Of a DNA stretch of 64,000 nucleotides, positions 39,890 through 50,968 are shown in pieces. The first letter of the stretch is position 1. Every line of letters begins with the position of its first letter. A program made the translations under genes and the position numbers. Under the pieces are notes generated by a model. It worked only from the letters and a program-made list of their open reading frames with translations. It did no database searches and had not been told where the DNA came from. The stretch spans positions 46,066,001 to 46,130,000 of the forward strand of contig NC_043005.1 in NCBI RefSeq assembly GCF_006345805.1, read 5' to 3'. This DNA comes from Octopus sinensis. Taxonomy: Eukaryota.

Positions 39890-40599
39890 GTTTAACCTTT
39901 CATGATTCTGTTACTATAAGTACTCATTGAGAGACCCTTTTGCTTGCCTCCCTACATATAGCGGCGTAACATTACTGGATATACCAATTTTACATATTAA
40001 ACACATTTCTGGCAGCTGGTATGTACATATTAAATGACCTTGTGGGGGACACCGTATTTCGTTATGCAATCATAATATACTACAAAGTATATTAAACGTT
40101 TAAAAATCTATACTGTGTTCTATTGTGTTAGCAGTGCTTTAATATACTTTGTGGTATATTCTTTTCTATTCTAAGCACAAGGCCCGAAATTTTGTGGGAG
40201 GAAGCCAGACGATTAGATCGACTCCAGTAGGCAAGTGGTACTTAATTTATTGACCTCGAAAGGATGAAAGACAAAGTCGACCTCGGCGGAATTTGAACCT
40301 AGAACGTGAAGTCAGACGAAATGCCGCTAAGCATTTCTCCCGGCGTGCTAACGGTTCTACCAGCTCGCTGCCTTATACTTTGTAGTATATTATGGGTGCA
40401 TAATGGATTGTGGTCTCCCAAGTCATTAAGGATCACAGTCTTGTCACATGCTTGATACACTGACTCGAACCGAGAATTATGTTAATAATACACTTGTCTG
40501 TAGAATACTCAGCTATTTAAACGTTAATTTAACGAGTACGGTAGTTCAGTTGAATGAACAACAAAATGCCCACCGTCAAAACTGATGGAGAACACGTTA

Positions 40600-41010
40600 T
40601 CTTCCATCCATCTATCCATCTTCTCTGCCCACTAATTCTGGGAGGGCCATGGGTGTAGAGTCCTCAGCCACCTCCTCCATAAGGTCCTGTCAGAACCAAC
40701 CACCATTACACTTTCCGGTTGGATTTCCAAGTGTGACCAACACAGACAATGGATATTATCCTTCTATCTCATTCTCGGCCTACCCCTAGATCTCCTGTCG
40801 GTGGTTGGCTCGGCTTGAAGAATCCGTCTTGTGATTCTTCCCTGCGACATTGTGATTCTTACCTGCCACAGCACTAGACCTGTTACCCTTCAGTGAGAAG
40901 AAGTAGTGGCTCAATCTGGAGAGACTCCCAGATCTTCGAGCTGCGCATCCTGGCGAATACCATTGTTCCAGAGATCCTTAGGAAGAACTTCATTTCGGCC
41001 GCGTGTATTC
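40600..41010 (-). mobile_element. LINE 3' end with (GGAT)n tail
   Basis: Reverse-complement homolog of 31915-32316. Confidence 0.6.
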
Positions 41011-41934
41011 ATCATAGTCTTAGTAAATACAACTCGTATCTCGTATGCTCGAATCTTCTGGTATGTCTTTTAATTGAAACTCTCTCCATACTTTACATCA
41101 GCAACGGCCATTATATTCTAGTTCTGTTTTAAATTGTGATGTCATAATGTCAGCTAGCTGTTGTGATAAATTTGGTCTTTACTTTTAGACAAAAATGCTC
41201 TTAGTTTGCTAATTAAGCATCAATCTGATTGATTAGATTAATTAAAACTCACTGGTCACACTATAATTCTATCTTGCCATTCAGTAATTAAATTACTCAG
41301 ATATAGGGAAATTAAATTAAAGATTTTGATAAATTCAGATAAAATTTAATTTAGAGATTTCGATAAACTCAGATATATATAGAATTTAATTTACGAAATT
41401 TCGGTTTCAGTACGATTAAGAAATTTTGGTTAAACTAAATGAAGTTAATTGATTTCAGAAACGATTCAAAATGGTGGAACACCAAAACATATATTCTAAA
41501 ATATCCGTATTAAATGTACGCTCTTTGGTATTGATCGCAATAGTATTTAGTGAATTTAACTTCTTATTTACTTATATATTTACTTACTTATTTTGTACTT
41601 CTTCGATCAATGACTTTATAATTGATTTTTACTGAGAACTACTGATAGATGGATAGTTAGAGTGGCGAGTGACAAGGCTGTTAGCTTTTGGGATTGTAGG
41701 TGGATTTGGCATCATACAACATATCTACGAGGAATTAATTTGATGAATACATCACTTTCCACAGGAAAAATCGAAATAGGTATTCCTTAATGAAATTTAT
41801 ACAAATACTTTCAGATGGTGTAGCTTACGGTTATATTGGAATTTAATATGAGAAAAGTTGGTGGGTATTCACACATACATACTGACTCACATCACATAAT
41901 TCTTCTTTTCGAAATTTCAGGTTTTGCAGATATA

Positions 41935-42497
41935 CGAGGGTGAGTCAAAAAGTAATGCCATTTTGTTTAGGACAGGTATAATTACCAACACAAGAACATG
42001 TATCATACATCAAAATGAAGCAGGTCCTCTGTGGATCCCATGCCTACTTCTCAACGTAGTCACCGTTTCTCTCAATAGCAATGTTCCACCTTCGAATGAG
42101 AGCATGTATGCCTGCCCCGTAAAATTCTGACTGTTCTTTGAGCCACTTCTTCACTACAGTTTTCACTTCTTCGTCACAGGACTATCATCGTTACTAGACT
42201 ATCATCTCTTCAGCCCCATGAAAGAGGGTTTGAGAGGCAAACTTTATTCCAGTGATGAGGAAGTGAAAACTGTAGTGAAGAAGTGGCTCAAAGAAAAGTC
42301 AACAGAATTTTACGGGGCAGGGATGCATGCTCTCATTCGAAGGTGGAACATTGCTACTGAGAGAAACGATGACTATGTTGAGAAGAAGAGATGTGATACA
42401 CAGAGGACCAGCATAATTTTGATACATGACAAATGTTCCTGCGTTGGTAATTATACCTGTCCTAAACAAAATGGCATTACTTTTTGACTCACCCTCG
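41935..42497. mobile_element. Mariner-derived palindromic MITE with transposase C-terminal remnant
   Basis: TA|CGAGGGTGAGTCAAAAAGTAATGCC TIRs; ORF MKEGLRGKLYSSDEEVKTVVKKWLKEKSTEFY...RRW...DYVEK is a mariner C-terminus. Confidence 0.92.
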
Positions 42498-42555
42498 TAT
42501 ATGTGACGTATGTCAGTATGTATGTGTGAGCGCTCACTTTTTTTTATATTGAATT

Positions 42556-43074
42556 TGTAGTGACGCTATCCAACAGTGCGCGCGCGCGCAACGTCATCTT
42601 CAGTTCGCGTGTGCGGAGTTGGAGCCTTCTGGAAAGGCAGAGGGTAAGTGCCCTCTCGCGCATGCGCGAAGACCGGAAGAAGGAAATGATGATGTGGCAA
42701 TAGTTGATAGGCGAGGGAGCGTACCCAACAAAGGGTACAGAGACACGTAGCAGTCAGCAGAAGGCTTTCGATACCAAATTGTTGCAGACCGTATTTTCTT
42801 CGCTCTCTAAGGACGCCATATTTGACCAGCTCTGTTTGCTGCTGAACTTGTAAGATTCTTACAAGCGTTAAAGTTCAGCCTTGCACATCCAGACCCAAGT
42901 GGAACCAAATATACCACCTTATTTCTTACTGTTATAAGAAAAATAAAGAGTATATATTTTTACTGTTGCGTTTGTGTTCTTTGACTGGTAGAATCTGGAA
43001 ATTAAAGGAACGGAAATTGTGAATGCACCCGAGTTGCACCCCAAAAGTGCAAGAAGCAACTAATTCCCGTTACA
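42556..43074 (+). mobile_element. Solo LTR (Gypsy-like)
   Basis: TGTA...TACA termini; 4-bp TSD AATT; internal AATAAA; interrupts an older repeat. Confidence 0.75.
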
Positions 43075-44094
43075 AATTCCTATAGAATTGTAATCTACAC
43101 TGTCTGAAAGGTATTTGTAGAACACTTCATTAAAAAAAGTAGTCCTGTTTCTGAAAGTTATGAGAAAACAAATCCGACTCGTATGAATTCTCCGAAATTC
43201 CGCTCCTCATCACCGAAAACATTTTCGCAACAAATTCCGTGGTGATCGGAATCTACACCATATGAAAGATATTTGTTGAAAATTTCATTGAAAAATACCA
43301 ATTTTTCTGAAAGTTAAGAGGAAACACCATCGACAATGGGGATCACGCTTGAGTAGGCACACCTTGAAACGTTTAAAGTAAGAATTAGTTCAATTGCATC
43401 ATTGGCAATACTTCTTCTGCCTCTGTCACTGTCTCTGTCTATCTGCTGGCACATTTTTTTTCTATCCAACATCCTAAGGCAGTAGGCTCCAGCGGTTAGG
43501 ATGTTGCACTCACGATCGCAAAACACTTCGTTTCCTGTCGTTCCAGTTCACTCATCTGTAAATGAATAACTCAATGAGAGATTGGCATCCTATTCAGAAA
43601 AAAGTATTATGTTCTCGATCGCCATAGAAACTTATACACCATGGAAACCAAGAATACGGTTCTATGAATCCTTGGACTCAAAACAGTATTGTCCAGACGT
43701 CGTTGTTGTTGTCGACGGTGATGATGAATATGATGATGATGACGATAATGATGATGGTGATGGTGGTGTAAACCTGTCGGCTTCACATTTAGGTCTATCT
43801 ATGAGCGAACAGAATTATCGACTTGTTGCAAAAGAATATTCGTTCTTCATTGGAAAACTCATTACAAGATCGCCTCACTGCAATCATGGTAAACCTTTCG
43901 TGTGTGTGTGTGTCTGTGTGTCTGTGTGTTTCTGTCTGTGTCTGTGTGTATACACACGTCCATACATACATACATAATACATACATACATACAACTGTAC
44001 GTACGTACAGTTCTATATTTAAGAGATGAGGAATTATGTACATTATTTACATATTTACATTTGACGGATATTTGTCCTCATCTTGTTTGTTGTT

Positions 44095-44144
44095 AACACA
44101 ACGTTTCGGCTGATATACATACGCTCCAGCCTTCATCAGGTGTC
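44095..44144 (-). ncRNA. Minimal type I hammerhead ribozyme (inverted arm)
   Basis: Reverse complement reads gacac-CTGATGA-a-ggctg..cagcc-GAAAC-GTT-gtgtt. Confidence 0.7.
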
Positions 44145-44396
44145 TTGGGAAATTCCGAACCTGGGTTCTCATTCCTAAGGTATTTTCGATGTTATTATTA
44201 TTATTATTATTATTCAGGTCACCGCCTGGAATCGAACTCGGAATCTTGGGGTTAAGAGCACGGGCTACTAACCCCAAGATTCCGAGTTCGATTCCAGGCA
44301 GTAACTTGAATAATAATGATAGTAATAATAATAATAACAACAACAACATCGAAAAAATACCTTAGAAATGAGAACCCAGGTTCGAAATTTCCCCAA

Positions 44397-44442
44397 GACA
44401 CCTGATGAATGCTGGAGAGTATATCAGCCGAAACGTTGTGTT
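44397..44442 (+). ncRNA. Minimal type I hammerhead ribozyme
   Basis: gacac-CTGATGA-at-gctg(gagagtatat)cagc-c-GAAAC-GTT-gtgtt: stem I gacac/gtgtt, stem II gctg/cagc, palindromic AACGTT stem III. Confidence 0.7.
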
Positions 44443-46699
44443 AACAACAAACAAGATGAGGACAAATATCCGTCAAATGTAAATAATGTAAATAATATAC
44501 ATACATACGCGCGCGCGTATACCCATCGATCAGCAACATGCATATATATAATTGAAGGTAAGAACAAAATACGAAACAAATTTGACGCATCGTAATAAAC
44601 ACGTTAACAATAATAGCGTACATGGACCGGTAATAATGTAATAATGTTTGTTGATGCTTTCCCAAAAGCTTTCCTCGCTATTATTTTTACCTCCGTAAAA
44701 CGGTAATGAAGATAATTTGTTCAGTGATTTGCCATCGTTGACGATGACCCACATGGCGGCTGGAACCTTACGTAACATAGAAGTGAGTCAAACGGATTTG
44801 GCGTGTGTAAGGCCGTGATTAAACAGAAACGGTTATTACTCCTACATTAAAGTGAAAGCTATTGAAACTATTGCTGACCTTAAAAGCAATGAAAAGTCGA
44901 TATATTTAATATTCAGCAATGTGCAGTAGTACATAAATTTAGAGTGTCGTAAAAGAATTCTCTGTTTTAATTTTCTGAGCTTTGATTTTAGGTAATAGGT
45001 GGGGGTTAGAAAAAAAACGGTATATATCGGTTAATAGTTTATGAATAATCAAACACACTCCTTTTCTAATGGCTCTTACGATTTTGTTATAAAGGCTTTT
45101 GTATCCCTATAGGGATGACTTAGTGCTATAAATCTCTCTTCTATAAACATTTCAGATCGTTCATTACAAATGGTTCATCAATATTCATTATTGCAACGAA
45201 ATTTTCGTATACTTGTAAATCTGTAGTTCATGTAAGAACACAGGGGTAGAGTTAACGTTTGAAGGTGATATGAAGCTGCAGTGAATTTCCTTTAATATCG
45301 CAAAGGACTCTATGAACTGGTTGAATTTACACACAATTTCTTCCTGTAAATTATACAAAGTCATGAACGAGTACGATATCTGTACAGAGCGTTATCCATT
45401 ATTTCGTGTCGATAGTCTTCATATATTTCGCAAACATGTTTAATATTTGCGAACATAGATTCTGTCGTTGTAAGTGGAATAAAATGACCAATAATCATAT
45501 GAAACGGCAGGTTTGTCGTTAATCATGCTTCAACTACTTTTAATAAATTTTCTGTTCTAACAGCCTACTATAAAAACGTTGGTGTGTACACCAGTGTCGT
45601 GGAGTTATCTCAAGTCAGCTCTGATTAAACACATCGACAGCACGTAGGTAGCCAGTCAAATGACTAATTTTGACCTTATTGGTCTAGTGTTCAAGATATA
45701 ATTCGCCGCCACCAAGCTAAGGACCATGCTACATATACCGACTTTGTTAATCGTTTGATGTATAATATTTCACACACTCTCTCTCTGGTCCTGTTTATTT
45801 CTGTATACCACTTGTTGGTTCGCTTCAGTTCATTCTTAAATGAACTAACATATTATCAAAGACGTTCCAGTCAATTTTTAAACGTTAAATTAAAGGGTGA
45901 TATACAGAATGGTGTACTCAATAAAATCTTAATTAATTGGAATGTTCTCTTAGTTGGAGAAAGTAAAGAAAAACTCTCTGAAAAAAGGCGAGGTAATTTC
46001 AAGAAGGGTAAGATAATAATATCTCCAACCGAGACGTTACAACCGTATCTGATTGTTCAAGAGCTTCAATTTTGTATATGTACATATATTTACTCGACTG
46101 CTGACCTTTACTAATGGTTTTTCCCATTGTTTTGATGCATCATTTTCTAGCATTAATAAAACTATCGGTATTTTTGACGACACGGGTATGCTAGTTAATT
46201 GCATAATTCACATGCTTAGGAAAATGAAATTAGATTATTGTTTACCGGAAAGGAATAACTCAACTATGAATATGTTTAGGCCAAGTGAACCGCATCAGCA
46301 TCACATAGTCTAATCAACCCAAAATGCCACGAGATTCTTTGCTTAAGAATGTTGAATACTGTTTTCTTCCAGGGAATGCTTTTTATGTCTGTAATGATGA
46401 AAATGTTATGCAATTAGGTAGGCAATAGACCTTGGTGATGTTAATAATATATATGTCAAATAACTTTCAAACCAAAACTAAGGGAATTGAATCGTTCTTA
46501 AGCTGAATTTTCTTCATCATAAAAGCGAGTTAAATAAGAGTCTATATACATGGTTGTTTAAGCACTAGAAATAGCAGTGAATCTTACTCAAATTACCCCG
46601 TACCATAGTTGCTCCCAGACGCAGAAACGTAGCATACTGGTCGAACGCCAGGTGGTGTTATGTGAATCACAAAATAACTTTATTTTGGAGCATTAACAG

Positions 46700-47520
46700 A
46701 GTCGGTAGATCATCAGGCAGAATGCCCCGAAGGTCTACTTCCACCAATCCTGGTCTTTCTGACATCTCTCTCTGCGCAGTGAATCACTCCGCCATCAAAA
46801 CCTACGGACAAATCTCTCTTACCCAGGACTTTTCACTCCATAGTGATTTCAAGTGGATCTTCGTCATTGCGGACCTGCCCTATCCTATTCTCGGTGCTGA
46901 TTTCTTACATCCCTATTCTCTCCTTGTGGGCGTTAGAGAACGCTGATTCACTGATGACACCACTTCACTCGCCGTCTCCGGAAAGGATTCTTCTGTCCCT
47001 GTTGTGAGCCCTTCTTTCTTCGTGGCTGCTTCGAGTGACTCCTACCACCAGTTACTCGCTTCGTTACCAGAGTTGACTGATTTGTCATTTCATCCGTCGA
47101 ATCCAGCCCATTCTACGAGACATTTCATTACGACTAAGGGTCTTCCAGTTTTTTCCCGACCGCGCCGTTTGTCTCTAGAGAAACTCCGGATCGCCCGGGC
47201 TGAATTAGAGCACATGTTACACCTGGGCCTTATTCGTCCCTCCACAAGCCTGTGGGCAACACCTTTATACATGGCCAGGAAGAATGAAGCTGATTTTCGA
47301 CCGGTTGGAGATTTTAGACGTCTTAACACTGTTACTATCGCTGATCACTGTCCCCTACCAAATGTGCAGGATTTTTCGTCTGCTCTGCACGGCTGTAAGA
47401 TTTTTTTCTAACATCGACTTGGTATGCACATACCATAAAATCCCTGTCAACCCCGACTTTCCAAAGACAGCCATCATCACACTTTATGGAGTGTTTGAAT
47501 TCTTGTCTATACCGTTTGAT
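46700..47520 (+). pseudogene. Ty3/Gypsy pol remnant (protease C-terminus and RT N-terminus)
   Basis: WIFVIADLPYPILGADFL; GLIRPSTSLWATPL; GDFRRLNTVT..PLP; IDLV.TYHKIPV; KTAIITLYGVFEF; with stops and frameshifts. Confidence 0.92.
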
Positions 47521-49964
47521 TTTGCCATTCTTGTGGCTTATCATTACCATATGTTCAGATCATCTTGAAATGATATAAATTGTTGGCCTGTGACTAATAT
47601 TCAAATAGGGTGAAGTTTATTTGCTGATGTACTGCGGTGCAGCTCATATGAAAGTAAATTAAAAATACGAATGAAAAGCAGCACTAGTAACGTAAACATT
47701 ATCGGTCGCACATACACAGTGTATGTGTCTTGTTTATACGACTTCACTCCCTCGGACAAATCATTGTGCTGAACCCTTTAATATTTATTAGCGGGACCTG
47801 TGAATATTTCACGAAATCTATGGTAAATCTATTGGGTTATTTCTGAAAACTTTATCCAAAAAAATCTGAAGGCGTAGCCTGTGTTGTGTCTGTATGGCAA
47901 GATAGTCGCTCATCTGCTACTCATTAAAAAGTGAAAGAAATTGGAATACGATGATTGCTTAGTGCACTTTATATATACACTTTATAATCTTTATGCACAA
48001 TTTTATAGACTTAATACACAGCACCCATAAAATAAATATTCACTCTTATTTCCCCATTTCCCCCATAAACATAAAAAAAAATCCCGTACATATGATACAA
48101 CCTTTAGTTAAATTGCATATATTTGCCACGTAAACAAGCGTGGATATTTCACAGAATTGCACTTATGCGCATGCATTAAATGATGGGTGATATAAAAAAA
48201 ACTTAGTCCAATTTAAAAAAACAAACACTTTTTACTATCCAATCACCACCGCCACCTCCATCACCTCCATCTCTACCACCCCGCTCCCTTTCTCTCTCTC
48301 TCTCTGCCTTTCTTTAACCACACCATCAGAACATCACCCCTCCGCTAAAATTATATTTTACACTCTCCTCCTCTACCTTCAACTAACTTTTTTAACCACG
48401 TAGTAAATATTACGTTTTTTTCTACCTCGCGTCATGGACGGTTCTCTCTCCCTCTGTTTCATTATCCTTCTTTCTGTCTCAGTCTTCGCCTTATCCTTTT
48501 TTTCTCTCTCCTCTCTTTTCCTTCAACCAATCAAATAAAAGCATTACAATTACATACCCTCTACCTCACGTCATGGACGCTTCTCTGTCCCTGTTTTTCT
48601 CCCCCGTCTCAGTTTTTCTCTCTCCCACTTTTTTTTCTTTAATCACGTGAAAGCGTGACAGGTTAACTAATGCAACAACAAACGGGATTATTATAAGATT
48701 TATGGACAGCAATCCATAGCATTCATAGGTCATTATTGGGACCCTAGACGTGTGAGGCCCTTGGGCAACTGCCCAGTGTGCTCATGCCTTTAAGTCAGCA
48801 CTGCCATCATCAAAGGCATTCAGATTATGAGTATGGGAGATTTTTTAGGCAGTAATGTACCATAGATACGTTATCCAGCAAGCTCACTTTTTTAGACTGT
48901 ATGATTTAGTCTGAGAGATTTGGTTACTATTTCTTGCAGTTTTAGCTACCAGATTTCTTGCCGATTGAGCTACCTTGTTTTGATGAAAGGTATTTTAGCT
49001 GTGATCATTAATTTCTTTTTCTGTTTTCGGACAATGTATTTACGATTAAAATATACAATTTTCTAAATACTCTTTAGAGTAGATTTCGCTATTTCTAACC
49101 TATTGTAGATGGATGTAAAGTCGAAATATTAAAGTGAAAGCGTAAAAGGCAAGCGTTAAACTGGTGAAACAAAACGCGTCGATAAGATTCTTATAATTCC
49201 GCGGGATGATATTTTACTGGCTCAAAGTAATTTGGTCACGATGTAGGAGCTATGCCTATTGGCCTCACAATGTCTTCACGCCGTAACTATCCTACCTTCC
49301 TTTCTTTTTTTTAGAAAATACCTTCAGTCAATGTGTCGTTTCAGACGGTACTGTATAATTTGAGGGTATATTTAAAACATCATTGCTTACTGAAATTCGC
49401 CAATACTACACCCGATATCTTCACCTCCATACGCATGCACACATATATATCATGACTCAGGCACTGTTCATTTTCCTGACATTTGTACATAATTCTATGT
49501 AGCATACATGCACCTTTGATACATTGAAATGAACCAGAGCACTATACACAATAATTTCATTCTCCTTATTATTACTATCCTATTATAAATTTAAATGATG
49601 TTTGTCTGTCCGTTACGTTTTTATGTTCATTAACTTCTAGACCGTTGGTGCAAGGACAACGAAACTCAAACCAGCAACTCCCTTAATCCCAGGGAATGTC
49701 CTAAGAGGGTCAATTCTTTTTTAAGGACCGCCCAGTTAGGACCACACTAACCACCCTATTTTAACTACATTTAAAACTAAATACATGGCATTGGCGATCA
49801 AATCGGAGCAATGACAATGAATTTCATACCATGAACTCCCAGGGAGTATCGTAAGAGGTTCAATTTCTGAAGGGCTGCTTAAATGGATCCCCACTGACCC
49901 TCCCCCTATTTTTACTGCATTTACCTCGCTCCTACGCTTATTAATTAAACTATGATCAGTATGT

Positions 49965-50214
49965 GTGGAGGTGCGTGGCTTAGTGGTTAGGGGTGTCAGC
50001 ATCATGATCTTAAGATTGTGGTTTCGATTCCTGGATCGGGCGACGCGTTGTGTCCTTGAGCAAAACACTTCATTTCACGTTGCTCCAGTCCACTCAGCTG
50101 GCAAAAATTAGTAACGCTGCGATGGACTGGCGTCCCATCCAGCTGGGGAACGCACACGCCATTGAAACCGGGCCCATGAGCCTTGCTAGGCTTTAAAAGG
50201 GCGCATTTATTTTT
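49965..50214 (+). mobile_element. tRNA-derived SINE (family B-related head) just upstream of SNRNP40
   Basis: TGGCTTAGTGG and GTTTCGATTCC boxes; 14-bp TSD tatgatcagtatgt; inverse relative at ~52870-53108. Confidence 0.82.
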
Positions 50215-50454
50215 TATGATCAGTATGTGCTTAGCACGTTTGCAGACTTTTGGGCATTCTAAATACCTTCAGGTACATTCAAATCGAGATAGAGAGTCAT
50301 AACAGGTACGTTTCAAGTGTGGATGTTTATGTTTTATAGTTTATGAAATTTATGGCTAGTTATTTAAATTCACTAACTTCGAAAAAGTAAAAATAGCACT
50401 TTAAATTATCTCCCTTGAACTTAACTAGAAAAGTTTTGCTAACCTATTTCTAGA

Positions 50455-50492
50455 CATGCGCAGTAACGATATTTATTCATAAACTTCCGTTA
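50455..50492 (+). promoter_or_regulatory. Putative housekeeping-type proximal promoter of SNRNP40
   Basis: CATGCGCA (NRF1-like) and ACTTCCG (ETS-like) motifs 80-115 bp upstream of the ATG in otherwise CpG-poor DNA. Confidence 0.45.
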
Positions 50493-50569
50493 AAGTGCCG
50501 GTTCGTTTTCCTTCCTTTTACTGGTATTATTTGTTTATCTCTCAAATAATTATTAATTACTCTTCCAAT

Positions 50570-50674
50570 ATGGATCTTAAAAGAAAAGCTTCCGAATCGG
50601 TGATTGTTCCGTTTAAGAAACCAAGAAATGAAATCGTTCCTATGCACAGGAAGAATCTATCTGTAGTACAATCG
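50570..50674 (+). CDS. SNRNP40: SNRNP40 coding exon 1 (MDLKRKASESVIVPFKKPRNEIVPMHRKNLSVVQS)
   Basis: ATG at 50570; KRK..KKPR N-terminus typical of SNRNP40; donor TCG|gtgaga; phase 0 joins exon 2 in frame. Confidence 0.88.
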
Positions 50675-50927
50675 GTGAGATGATGTTTGTGATTCTTGTG
50701 TCTGTTTTTGTCTGTTGTTAACCAGTTTGGCTTATTGGAATATATTTTTGTTCAGTTATTTAAATGTGTTCGTATTTTCATTATTTACAAAGTAAACATT
50801 AAATCATAAAAAAAGAGACAAACGAACAAATTAAATAGTCAAAAACTAATTGATATTTAGAGCATTAAGTCAATCCCCATACGTATACATATCACGAACC
50901 ACACGTGTCCAAACTAATATATGTATG

Positions 50928-50968
<41 letters not shown>

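Larger units (their letters stand above)
44042..44496. mobile_element. Fold-back Penelope-like-associated element: two inverted arms, each with a tRNA-like segment, an (AAT)n tract and a minimal hammerhead ribozyme
   Basis: Near-perfect inverted arms of ~220 bp; central GTTCGATTCC B-box; CTGATGA..GAAAC cores on both strands. Confidence 0.8.

Noticed and set aside
46951-46985. Other CTGATGA occurrences as possible hammerheads (also near 486, 4898, 5951 and 12776)
   Set aside because: No properly placed stem II, GAAA core or stem I complement.
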